A stretch of 64,000 nucleotides of DNA, taken from Botryllus schlosseri. Taxonomy: Eukaryota. The notes below the pieces were generated by a model. The model saw only the letters and a list, made by a program, of their open reading frames with translations. It did not search any database and was not told where the DNA came from. A program made the position numbers and the translations under genes. The stretch is from NCBI GenBank assembly GCA_051294905.1, contig CM119376.1, positions 15,810,001 to 15,874,000 on the forward strand, in the 5' to 3' direction. This document shows positions 48,806-61,710 of the stretch, piece by piece; within the stretch, counting starts at the first letter, position 1; each line of letters opens with the position of its first letter.

Positions 48806-50466
48806 TAGGGTTACCATATTTTTGGATCACAAATTCCGGACGCTCTTCAGCGCCCACTAGCGGATTTCAAAAGGAGGTGTGAGCGCAATGTCGATCAATA
48901 TGACGTCACGCCAGCATCGCTTTGTCTATCGACTAGAGGTGGTCGCGATTAGGGCTGGGCACAATGATTCGAGTACTCGAATCTGAATCGAGTATTAATT
49001 TTAATGATTCGAGTCGAGTAGTAAAAGATGAATTTTTCGAGTACTGAAATTATACGCTCCTCACCACTGAAAGTTAATTTACTAACGAGAAATATAATTT
49101 TGATACTATTTCCAACTGAGAAAGCCTTCAAACCTTGATTGGCCGTGTCGCAGCATACGAGACATAGTACAAAGCTACGAGCGTGACTGGAAATAACACA
49201 TTTCCGAAGTCATGATCATCCCACAACATTGTCAAGAACTACAATGAAATCGGTATGGTCGAAAAAATACCTAATAATCTTTGATGTGACGGATAACTGG
49301 CATTATGTTATTTGTTGTGGCATAAAAGGTACATATTTGAGGCTTTGACATAGTACATTCTGTTGTGACGTCATAATGAGTGATACTCGAATACTCGACT
49401 CGACTCGAAGCGTAAGACGTGATTCAGAATCGAATCACCCAGGTACTCGATTTAGCCCAGCCCTACTCGCGATCCGGTTCAGGAGTATGTGGTTGCGTAT
49501 TATATGTTGTAACCTGGGCCGAAGCTACATATTTTCAGCCCCATCCCGCCCTAATGAACACTGATCTTGGGCCCATCTTTGGGTATTCGATGCAACTTCT
49601 GGGGTTTTATTATATGCATCTGGTGGTAAATGATTTGAATGAATTGTGTCAATAATATTGGTTCTTCCATATATTACTGTGCAATTCTAATCCTCATCTC
49701 CGCCCACATAATCAGAGTCAGCGGTAGAATTGAGCTGATGTAGGATGATGACTTCGAAAATGCAAGGGGCGTGATTGTACATCGTTAAGTCATGTTCATG
49801 TCACGCCAATAAGATTATTTATCAGCCTAATGCGGGTGTGCACTTCACCACTGAGCTATATAAACACCGCACATCCGGTGGTTTCCAACCTTTTATGGTC
49901 GCGAATCCATTTCCAATTTGAAAATGTGCTGTGGCCCAGCTCAAAATTTGATGAGTTGATTACTAATTAAAGGTCGGCACATTTGCCCAGACTTACTCAC
50001 AGCCTATTTGGAAGCTAATTACGTTCAACATCTTTGCGAACCCCAGAATAAAGGCAAACTACCCCCAGGTTTAGAACCACCACCTTTGAATAAAGCATCC
50101 AAACGACCTAAAACGACGACTCTATGAATACCGTTATCTTGTAATTGCGTTTACAATTAGACTTCTTTTTGTAAATGAATGTTATTTTTATTTATTTCCT
50201 GATCGCAGTTTTTGCGAGGGCGGTAGTCCCCATATTAAAACCAAAATATATGATACTAAATCGCGCGTAGCGCGAAGAAAAATTTCATGTAGCAAAAATC
50301 CACCAAAATCGTCTTGTTTAGGTTGATTTACGAAAAAAAGATTGGGCTTACTTCAAGCGTTCAAAATTCCGGACATTCAGGCATATTTTAGAAATTCCTC
50401 CCGGACGCAGTTTTAACAGTGAAATTCCGGACATGTCCGGGAAATTCCGGACGTATGGCAACCCTA
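48806..50466 (+). mobile_element. hAT family D, second copy
   Basis: Perfect TSD ATATAGAC; inserted into an older GACTC-type element remnant (about 48735-50597). Confidence 0.92.
48950..49465 (-). mobile_element. hAT MITE family C nested in family D
   Basis: TSD GTCGCGAT / CTCGCGAT; absent from the 30109 copy of D. Confidence 0.9.
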
Positions 50467-51904
50467 ATATAGACAAGTCACGTCATTTTTGCAAAGTGAC
50501 TCGAGTCAAGCTATGTCATCTGAAAAAGTTGACTAGAGTCTGACACTGGCTAAGTAATGACTCGAGTCATCCTAACTCCCAACACTGGTGTATTCATTAC
50601 GTAGACTGGAAGGCAAAAATTGATTTCCGATCGAATTAGTGTTGTGACGTCATATGTTAGTCTTTCCAAAGAGCCTGTCATTAACGATCGTGTCCCACGA
50701 ACCCGGACCTTCTGGGGGTTCGCGCGCACCATTCTCAATATGGCCAATCTTAAGACGCCTCAAAAAGGAATATCGAGATCGAACACTGTTACATCGGGCG
50801 TTAGGCTGTGGCAGATAACAGATTGAGAGACCGCATGCGTGGTCGTTTCTTTGTAAATAATATTAGTACTTTGCATATATGCCTATAAATTTTTGATGCT
50901 CTCTCCGCCTACGTCATCAGATTTACTGGTAGAGCTGATGGAGGCGGTGTCTTCGCAAATCTAGGACAAATAATTAGTATAAATCTTAAGTCACGTGGTT
51001 AAGACAGTAGGCCTATACATTGGCATTTCGAGCGCTGGGTTTATGCTACCCATTGTCAACGATTACTATAGTTGAAACATGTTGATATTTCGTGAACTCC
51101 GGTAATGATTAATATTGCTGCCCCAAAGATATCTATCGAATCATGCAGGCCTACCAAACCAAACTATATTGAAAAAACACCTTCCGTGGGACATGCGATT
51201 CCAAATTACAACCTTTTTCACAGGGTGCATTATTTTCCACCGTGGGGTTAGATTGCAAGAACAGAACTATTTGGTGTCTGGACAATATCGAAAGTTTCGG
51301 TTTAGCCGCGGCATGCCCATACGACGAGATGGCTGCCGGCGCCGAAATGCCAATGACTAAAAGTTATAGGGTTACCTTTACTATATCTTGGAATCCAGAA
51401 AGGGGGACAATTTTTAAAAATCATAAAAGTTAGTTTACCGAAAGTGAAAACAGTTGATTTTAAAAATATTTACTGGAAATCTTGTTGGTGTTGACTAAGG
51501 ACGTATGGTAACCATACTAAAAGTCCCGCAACGCAGGTTCCGCACCCCAAGACTATAAATCATCCCAACGGCATAAAGCGACTGTTTCTTAAATGCGAAT
51601 ATCGTTATAGACTCATATTGTAAATTATGCGTATTTGGGAGGAGGTGCTACCCATCAAAAGAAAGAAATGTGTGTGGCAATAAATTGCGCAAAGAAAATG
51701 TCAAGTAGAATAAATCTGCCCTAAAATACCATTTTATTTGATTTTTGAAATTATTTTGGTCCCCTTCGAGTGTGATTGGAAAATAAGTTACGTGAAATTT
51801 TTATGATTCACAAATAGTTTTTTTGTTCTTCTGGGTCGTGTTAGCTTTTCGCGATCCCCAAAGAAGTGTCTCGTGGACGCCAATAACCACTGCTGTAAAT
51901 GCAT

Positions 51905-52190
51905 GCGTGGTGCATAATTTCCACCATAGTGTAGGGTGCAGATCAGTCCATCGGCACTTTCTGCTTTCAGGTTCATTCCATTGGATGAAAACTAATTCTG
52001 CCACATTTTTGCCTTTCTGGGTGGTACACGAAAATACTCGATTCCACCACCCATGATATATATCTCCATAAGGAGTGCTGTATTATACTCGTTTTCACCG
52101 TTGAATTGGGGGTGAAAGTACCCGTATCCAGAAAGTGCCATATACCTGATTTGCAACCTAAGGAATGGTGGAAATCGGCAAAATGCACGA
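51905..52190. repeat. Degenerate ~60-bp inverted repeat pair
   Basis: GAAAGTGCC...ATGGTGGAAAT...GCAC at 52131-52190 versus its reverse complement at 51905-51965. Confidence 0.5.
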
Positions 52191-52350
52191 TTTTTGTGTA
52201 CAGCGCAGGCCTTTTCGTAGTAATATTGACACTTCCCATCGTTACTCATAAATACAATAACGGTGTATGGTGCAGTAGCCTACACAAATGTTCTCTATCT
52301 CACTTTGCTGCTTTGTAACGTGACATATCAAATAAATAGCTTATAGCTAG

Positions 52351-52909
52351 CAGAGGTGGCCAGAAACAAAATACGTAGAACTACTATTTTTTTCGAAGTA
52401 CTCAAGTAGGATTCTCCCACACGTAGGCCTATAGTATTTCCGGCTTAATCAAGTGGTTGTGTACTTTTTACTCGTACAGGTTTTAGGCAAAACTATACTT
52501 TGCTGAACACCTTGGATTTTGAAAATTGCGGAGTACTTTGGAATACCTTTGCATTAATTTTATATGTGTGATAACGCCATAAGAACTACGTGAAATAGCA
52601 ATCACCGTAACTGCGGAATATATTTGCGATTGCGCAGATTTTTGCGTTAGTCGCTATTATGCATCTTCCAACGGAGCTATATACCGTCGATGAAATGCCA
52701 GTAGTATGTATAAGCGTTCAACAAAATCTACTTTTCGAAATGATGCTACTGACATGACTACTGGTCTAGCCTTTCATTTTCTTCTACTCCTTGAAGTAGT
52801 TTTGCCGCGTCTTGGAAACGCTACTTCTGCTTGCAACTGAGTAGAAATTAGCGGAGTTGATTTTACTTCTAGTTAGCGCTGACTATAGGCCCTACTTGGA
52901 GCACCTCTG
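52351..52909. mobile_element. hAT element with AGTAG/CTACT repeats (related to 15051-17214)
   Basis: CAGAGGTG...CACCTCTG ends; TSD not clean. Confidence 0.6.
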
Positions 52910-55900
52910 ATTGTAGTCAACATATGATGGAATATATCTATAGTTTCATATCGGAAAACAATAATTTCATTTGAATTGCGTAATATTTGACAGTGAGAGC
53001 CTCGAGTCTTCCAAGTTGAAACTTCTTCAGCCCAGGCATGTGTAACAAGCCAGTGGAGCGAGAATGAGGGTTCGGGACAATTTTTAGGAATATACAAGGG
53101 CAAATAAGTTCGGGAAGCCCTGCTGCACAGCCTTCGACGAAAAGTTGTTATCATAAACGTAACACCCAGTCATTTCCAAACACGCTGTTTAGCCTATACG
53201 GAGCTATATATATGTATTTGACCGCTTTACCAGCATGGTTATTATGCCAGGGCTGCACGCATTGTATGTTTCATATTTAATGGTTCTTCACGAACATATT
53301 ACAATTGATTCATCCATTTAGTTTAGATATGGTCGTCAAAAATCATCTAATAATGCACAATCGATAATAACTGATAAAAATTGAGCTCACGCTTAGATCT
53401 GCAAAACATGCAACAACGTGAATGAACGAACGACGGGCGCGTTTGTAAATCACGCGATGACAGTCGCTGGTTTCAGGGAACCCTTGAATTAATATTCATA
53501 TAATTTGTCTAATATTCGCAATAGCCGTCCGATATGTTAGCGATTCAACAAAATATTAGAGGCTATAGAGATCTCGTCTCGAAATGCCATTTTCAGGTTG
53601 TTAAACAGATACTGCGCACCGGCACACGACAAAAATCCAATCTTATTCAAAGGTCATTCTGCAACAACAATATTGATCAATGATCATTGCCGTCCGTAGC
53701 TCTATACTGATTTGTAATCTACAATCTACAAGTAAACCTATAACAACATACTCACTACGACAGAAGCGCGGGAGTTGGGGAGGGATAACTATAGATTACT
53801 AACCTAAGTTAGTACGGTAATCTATTGGGCTCGAAAGTCACGTGACTTTTCAGCATAGCAACCACCGTCTGGGGCCAAGCGCGTTTCTGGTATCATCTTC
53901 TCTGCGACAGTAATGCATTTGTATGTCGCAATTTCTGCTACTGCGCTGGTCTTTGCTGTCACATTATGTGTTTGTGTTACAGGATTGATTTTTTTTTCGT
54001 GCAGATAGATGACAATGTATAGTATTCAATTAACATGATGGAGTATAGAGCAGTTTAAGATAGCCTATGTCTAACAAGTAATTCCAAGGTTTAGTACTTT
54101 CATCTGGACCTACTAACTATTCATCGTATGGCTTCAGCATTATTATGCTTCAAGTGTATACTTATCGACACGGAGACAGTGATCAGTCAACATCGGAGAT
54201 TATTAATATTGTAACATTACCGTACCGTGTTAAATTTGATTTCAGATGGATTTGGTTAAGCTACTTTTACGATTTGCGAGTTCTTCAAAAATAATCCGAA
54301 TCTGGTCAAAAGAAATCAAAATGATTCAGACAACGACCATCCAATATCAGCAATGTATGGTGGTGATGGCAAAGAATTGGGAAATATTCAGTTCAGCCAT
54401 GAGTATAATGAAAGTTTATGACGTAGAGGTTGGTAACTGCAAAATTACCTGAAAGATTGGCGAAGCGTTGGAATTGAGTTCGAATCCTACTTGACGCAAG
54501 TGGGTCGGAGGCTTATCTGGACTCCCCACTGCTTACCTAACTACATGAGCAGCGTCATGTAATCAAGCCCAGATGGCCAAGTAAAGCCGATGAGGCTCGA
54601 AAATCGGCACCACTGAGGAGGACGTATGGAAGCAAGCAAGAGAAGAAAGAAAGAAAAAGCTTATCAAAAAGCAAAGAGACCCTTGAACTTTAAAGCATTT
54701 ATGTTGTGGTGCAAACAGACGATCATCATCATCATCATTGGTTTATTAGCAATTTTATCAGTTCAATACACCACAAAATGCGATACAATGAAAAGACAGG
54801 AAGATGTCGAAGCGTCTTGGAGTAGTCTATGGAATCAGACACCCATCTTGACCTAGGCGATTTAAAGAGGAGGCATGCACACTGAATGAAAGTAAAGAAG
54901 ATAGTATTTCCACCTTTTCAGAGTACTATGTAATATTGCATACTTGCCGGAGTGTTATATTTTTTAAAGTAGTTTTAGGACATGTTTGCGGCACTTTTGT
55001 AATGTGTGTATTGACAGATATCAAGTGTCCCTTTTCTACCAAATCAAGATCATTAATAGACTTGAGCGTTTAGAAGAAAGTCTTCATTTTGAAATGAGTC
55101 GGTGGTACTATAGTACTTTCCCAGCATCACAAGTACTTTGACAAGTGCAGGGCAGCTTGTGCATTGCATACTCAAAACTTATGTCATTTCTTCGTTTTGG
55201 ACCTGACGATTCCCTCAAGATTCTGAATAGAAGAACTACCTAATTCTGATATAATAGTATTTCCACAACAATACTTTCTTAATCTTGCATAGTTGCATAC
55301 TCTCGCTTGATTTTGCAAAATTCTAAGAGTGCTGACGAAATCAATAACTGGCCAATAAATTCGACAAATTCGCAACTTGAGAATGTATTTCCTTTGTACC
55401 GAGAATGAAACAAATAGAATGTAGGTATTGGTCACAGATAAGGTATTCTTGATTAATGTTGCCAACTTGCCATAAACGGATGCAGTTTTGACTTAAGCCA
55501 TACACTGTTACTGTGGAGGTAGTCTTAAACTGACGACTCACTTAAACACACAGAGTTGGCTTGAAAATGGGCAGTCATAAGCAATACAATTGATAGGACT
55601 GTGTTGGTATATCGAAATTGACGAGAATAACAGCAAGCAGTGTAACTGCGAGTACTCCATGGCAATCTGTAGTTATTGCGTTTCTGCATCGCGTCGACGT
55701 AAGTATCTTCCATTGACAAGCCAAGATCCTGAACGGCGTTTGTGTAAATTCACGGTGCTCTGGCCCTGAGAACGACGGTAAGGGATACCAGTGTTGTTCG
55801 GTCCGTATGGTTACGAGGCTGGTCTCACACAAATGACCTACTGGTGGCATTGATGTACCATATGTCGACAACAATGTCAGTTCCTTCCCAGCGTTTTGGG

Positions 55901-56243
55901 TTGATTTCTACGAGTTCAGGAAGTATATGTGGTCCCGACTTTTAAGGCCGGTAGCGTCTTGAAGTGTGTCGCTCCACCTCCCTACGGTGACGTCATTCCA
56001 TAGACAGTTGAGCTGCATTTTCTCACAGTTCAAGGGGTAAATAGCGTGCGTGTGCTTCTCGTTCTTGCGATGAAGGAGATGGTGTCTTCTGGAGAGCAGT
56101 TTTTGGCAGAGATACCAATTGCATCATACAAGATGCCGGGATCAGAGATGCCCCGGATATGGTTTACATATAGCGCACAGTGCAACTTCACTAGCACAGC
56201 AATCAGGTACAGATTAGTGAGGCTAGCATCAATGTTTGCATTG

Positions 56244-57894
56244 GGGTAATTCCATGTCAGATCAACCAAAAAAATGGATTTCGTCACCACATAGTGTCAG
56301 ATTTTGCTGAAATTTGGCTCAAAACATCATGAAGTATAGCTCACAAAATCGCAATTTATTTGAAAGGAATTACTTCAGTAGTTTCAAAGTTATCGCATGA
56401 TGAAAAACAGGCTTTTCATGCCCATTCAACCGTGAAATTGAAGGGCTGTTTTTAAGTATATTTGGAATTGTCTGTAAATGAGCTACTTTGACCTTAGAGT
56501 GTTGTTCACTTTGTTATGTTGTTTAAATTGATCTATTCTATCATTCAAGTGCAAAATTAGTGATTTTTGGTGCACGGCCCAGAATTTATTTCAAGTTAAA
56601 AGACGGTACCTCTGGAAATCACTCAAGCATGACAATATTTCAGGAGTCTCCCTCTCATTTCTGTCTACTTGAAAAAAGTTATGAAGGGTGGCAAATGAAA
56701 GCTGGTGTAACATAGATTCCTTAGAAAATAAGTTTTTATCTAATATTCACTTACAAAGTTTTGAAAACAGGGCATATTTCAGGTCATGAAAATGTAGTGA
56801 TTTTCCTAAAAATGATGTTTGATATTCTAGTTGCTGTGTTACCTTGAGACAAACTCCAGCATGTTACTCATTTTCTGGAAATTCTTTGTTCTAACAGCTT
56901 TCATATGACACCATTTACAAAAATTTTGAAACAGACAGAAACGAGAGAGAGACCGCTGAAATATTGTTGTTACGCTTCAGTGGTTTCTGGGTTTAATGAG
57001 TTACATTTTGGGATGTCAACCAAAAATCAGTAGTTTTTGTCCTGCATGATAGAATAGATCAATTTACACAACATAACAAATTGAACAACTCTCTAATTGT
57101 CAAAATAGCTCATTTATAGAAAATTACAAATCAGCCTGAAAAATTACTTGAATTTCGCGGTTGGATGAGCATAAAAGCTTGTTCTTTATCATGCAATAAC
57201 TTGAAAACTACTTATGTAATTCATTTAAAATAAATTGATATTTACTTAGATATACTTCATGGTGTTTTAAGCCAAATTTCAGCAAAATCTGAAACTCAAG
57301 AGATACCCAATCTCTGTTTTGATTAATCTCAAATTGAATTACCCCATGGATTCAAAAGTATTTATGTCAAGTTAATTTAGAGGTACTATCCGTCAAATAT
57401 TAGTTAACAAAACACATCAGCCAGTTTCCTCTCCAAACAAGCTTTCATATGACATGTTACTTTCCAATTTTTGTGTAGACAGAATTACGCTAGATATAAT
57501 TGAAGTTCATGTTACGCATGAACGATTTTGAAAAGTGTCAGTTTATGAGGTGGGTTTTAACCCCTGACCCCATTTGATTATGTGACAATTTTCCCTTCAA
57601 TAGCAAGAGTTTCCTCTATTCTATCATTAGACACCATAATCCACTCTCAAGTACTTGACTATGCTGTTTTATAAACGTTACTGTAACAGGTAATGTAAAA
57701 GTAATTGAACTTCATGGTTGGGTGAGCACAGAATGGCCATTTTTTAAAATGCGATAACTTTGTGATGGATGGACCAATTTTGACAAAATTAAGTTTGCTG
57801 CAGTCAGAACTGGATACCAGATTTACCCCTCCATTTTCATTGCAATCTGACACCTAGTGGTGACGGGTGCGGTTGATTTGACATGGACTTACCC
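56244..57894. mobile_element. Sola2-like non-autonomous element with a long internal inverted repeat
   Basis: TIR GGGTAA[T/G]TCCATGTCA[G/A]ATCAACC (22/24); 4-bp TSD ATTG. Internal IR about 56297-56545 versus 57040-57292. Confidence 0.72.
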
Positions 57895-59502
57895 ATTGAT
57901 TTGTTAAACATCTAAAAGTATCTATAAAGAGAATAAAATGGTTATGAATTACCCTCTGATTTTTGTTCAAGAAATTTGTGTAAATTTTGTATAGAGCAAT
58001 GCAAAAGCTACTGAAAGTAGAAAATTTTTAATTTGGCTCAACTAGCCAAATTTGCTATACATTTTTTGAAAACTCAACAATTTCATGGCATAGCCAGTAA
58101 AATTTAATAAAACTTTTTTATTTTTTCAATAAATTCATTTTTTTTAAAAATCTGATAGCTTCACTTCTGCATGTTGGAATTGAGCCAAATCTAGTGTGCA
58201 ACCTTTTTTCAAGTCACCTAACAATTTTGTTCATGAACCAGTGAAATTTGGGAAAAAAGTTATTTTTGAACAACACTGATGTATAGAAACTTGACCAAAA
58301 TCTAGAAAAACATTGGCAACAGTGCCAGTACTAAATTATAGGAAGTAGTGTCATGAGTAACAGCAAGACCTGGTCTCCCATTAAAAGAATATTTACATTC
58401 CAGTTAGAATGATACCAAATTGTAAATCGCTGCATCATCAAAAAAAAACAAGTAGAAAGTACGGTACTCTTGTCCTTGTCCGGCAATAGCAGTCTTCTCA
58501 GCACTATCCTTGAAACAATCAATAACTTCCTTCTGATTGGCATGGTTGAATATAAATTTGGCTGACCGAAATTCTTGATTATCTTTTTCGATAAATGGCA
58601 CAGATATCTTAAAAGCTAACCGATGCCTGCAGTTGATGCATCTATTCTTAGGCCACTTTCACTATATAAACACTTTTAAAAAATCTAATAATTGTGGCTT
58701 ATCTTAAATCATTTGCTATTGAAGCTGACTCGATTACGCTGTCTTGGGGCACACGAGATACCGGTATGACATTTGGTACCACCAAACAAACAAGTCAACA
58801 TAGTTCAAATGTTAATTATATTTATCATTCTCACTAGCTTTATTAATTTCAGTCACTTTCCCGTCGTTTTCTGGCAATTCAGAAGTCGATGGAAAGACTA
58901 CTCCGAATTGTTTTCTCATCCATTATAACAAATTGGCACGTTATACCCTGGCATTTTGCGCGGCTGCAAAACAAGATAATCCTACCTAGTTAGTATCTAA
59001 AAGTCCTGAAACTAGCTAATAAGTCATAGAAGATAACATAAAACCCAGAACTGTACTTCAAACAACCTCACTGAGACAGAAAATACGATTTAAAAACAGA
59101 CCAATATCGCAAATTAACACAGGCAGCGGCTATCTAAGGCTGCGTTCATGGTGTGGTTTCGCCACGAATGATTGTGAAAACCTGGTACGAAAACCAGCAA
59201 TGTGAACGCAAGGCAACTTCGCAACGTGACGGTGAACGCATTGGTTTTGACATCGACGTCACAATTGACGGGTAAATGAACGCACTGGTTTTGAGGAGAA
59301 AAGTTTGACGCCGTTTGGCGTGAAGCTTCCCCGTTCATATCAGAGTATTGGAAGAATTATTTCTATTAATGAAGGAAAGTGCCTATGTGGTATAGCCCAG
59401 CGCAGTTGTGCGAACCTGATGAGTGGTCTGCTCTCGTTTGCTTGTTAATCAATGTATGCGTAAGGAAGCAATGAATCAGAGCATAATGTACTTACAGTGT
59501 TT

Positions 59503-61171
59503 ATGATTATGAGTCGTCGTAAGAAAATATACTTGTATTCAATTTTTCGTAAAAAATCACGAAGAAGGATGCGATCAATTGTTCGCAGCGAAGATATGGT
59601 CATGAACAACAGAACTCGCCTAGCCGCAATGAAAAATAATATGTCGCTTCGCCGAGAACGACCGAAGCCCAACTGTGGCTATTGGGAGAGAGCTCTCAAT
59701 TTATGGGAAGAGGCTGATTACAAACGCCATTTGCGTCTGAGAAAGTGAATATATTTTAATATAAAAAATCACATATATAGGCCTACCTATGGTGTACGAT
59801 AAGACATCCAGTAACATACAGTACAGTAATATTCCAAGGGACTTTTCTGAACCTACCTAACTTCACATTTCAGAGACACATTCAACGTACTAGTTGAGCA
59901 CCTACGCGAAAGCTTGTCAAAAAAGCAAACCAATTTCAAGAAACCGGTGTCAGTGTCTTGTCGTGTTGCCATCGCCCTATGTCGTCTCGGTAGTGACATG
60001 AGTTACCGCAGTGTTGGTGAATACTTCGGTCTTGGAAAGTCCACAGTGTTCAACGTAAATATGATTTGATCTTTGCATCGGAAGTACGGTAGTCAATAGT
60101 TCAACTATGTTTTATTACAACAGATAACCATGGATGTGTGTGTTACCATTGTAAATCATATGATGAAAAATTTTGTGAGGATACCTGCCAATCCTAGAGC
60201 TACCTCCATGGCATTCTGTATTGACAAGGGCATTCCAAATTGCGTTGGTGCCGTAGACGGCTGCCACATACACATCCCTAAACCAACAGTCAATGGACCT
60301 GACTATTTCAATCGAAAGGGTAGATATTCAATCAACATTCAAGCTGTAACAGACTCCAAGGGGAGGTGAGAAAAACTTGGATAATGTTTAGTTTGTTCAC
60401 TTGTCCATTTATGCCAAGTTCAAACATTCAGATTCTTGGATGTTGTCATAGGATGGCCCGGTAAGTCCTAGAAATTATTTTTGAAGCCTAGCCTGTGCAA
60501 AAGGAACAATTAGCTATATAATTTGACTCTTTAATTTAATCATACAATTTGATTTTATCACACATCCAGGTAAGGTGCATGACGCTAGAATGTTCTTGAA
60601 CTCGCCCATTTGCATCAAAGGAGATCACGGCAATTTATTTCCACCAGTAGGTCCTTTAACCTTGACCTATTAAGACCCTGCGCATGACTGATCATCTTTT
60701 TTTGAAACAGAGTGACCTCTTTCTGAATGATGTTAATATCCCCTACTACATGGTTGCTGACAGCGCCTATCCTTTGCGCCCATGGGTGATGAAAGTTTAC
60801 AGCAACCCCAGTAGCCCCTCTGAGGAATATTTCAACAAGGTAAATACAAGCCTGATATGTTGTTATGTTTCACTAGGCTATAAGCTCAAGTTTATTTTTA
60901 GAAGTTATGTTCTGCAAGACGAGTAGTGGAGCAGGCATTTGGACGGTTGAAGCACCGTTGGCGCTGTTTGTTGAAGAGGTGCGATGCTTTGCCCGAGAAT
61001 GCTCGGTTGCAGATAGCATCATGCATCACATTGCACAACTTCTGTGAAGAGAACATGTACTACGCAGAGTTGCCACCTACAGATTTAGTGGATGATGATA
61101 TCGAAGCTACCAGCATTGAAAGTGATCTGGAGTCTGGCATTCGTGTACGCGACACGCTCAAAGATGCTTAG
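59503..61171 (+). CDS. Harbinger DDE nuclease (HARBI1-like), 7 exons, about 389 aa
   Basis: Exons 59503-59744, 59874-60054, 60124-60365, 60432-60460, 60570-60646, 60711-60839 and 60902-61171, all GT-AG and phase-consistent. Motifs GAVDGCH, NRKG, GWPGKVHDAR, ADSAYP and VEQAFGRLKHRW. AATAAA at 61233. Confidence 0.93.
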
Positions 61172-61710
61172 TTTTGATTGGATTTGACACGGCTGACACG
61201 CATACAGCTTCCTGCCAAAAGCAGTTTATCCTAATAAATGAACGATGAAACACTTTCGTCAATGGCTGAATAGGACTTTATCACACCAGACATAAGCAAG
61301 ATCAGAGATTGCAATGGGGCTAGTCAAGCAGCCATAATCATAAGCAGATGCCTCTACACATTTTAGCTCATTGACCTAGAAAGACTGATTCAAAACAGTT
61401 ATTGTAGGTGAGTCCAGTAATGTCACAAGTCAATTTAAGCCTATGCCCTGCCCATGCCATGTACGGTAACGAAGACTTCAGAGATGAGATGTTTATTCAC
61501 TTTCGATCACTACATGTACGGCAGGAGTTGAAGCCTCTTCTTCATTTTCTTGTCTGCTGCTGCAACAAACAATTATAGATTTTGCAAATCCACAGCAAAG
61601 AAAACATTTATCTGTTCTGAGAGCTGGTAACGCAATTACTGGAAATATTATTAACCCTTTGTGACTGCTAGTATTGAGGCGAAATTTTCTACAACTTTGA
61701 TTGCCTGTCA

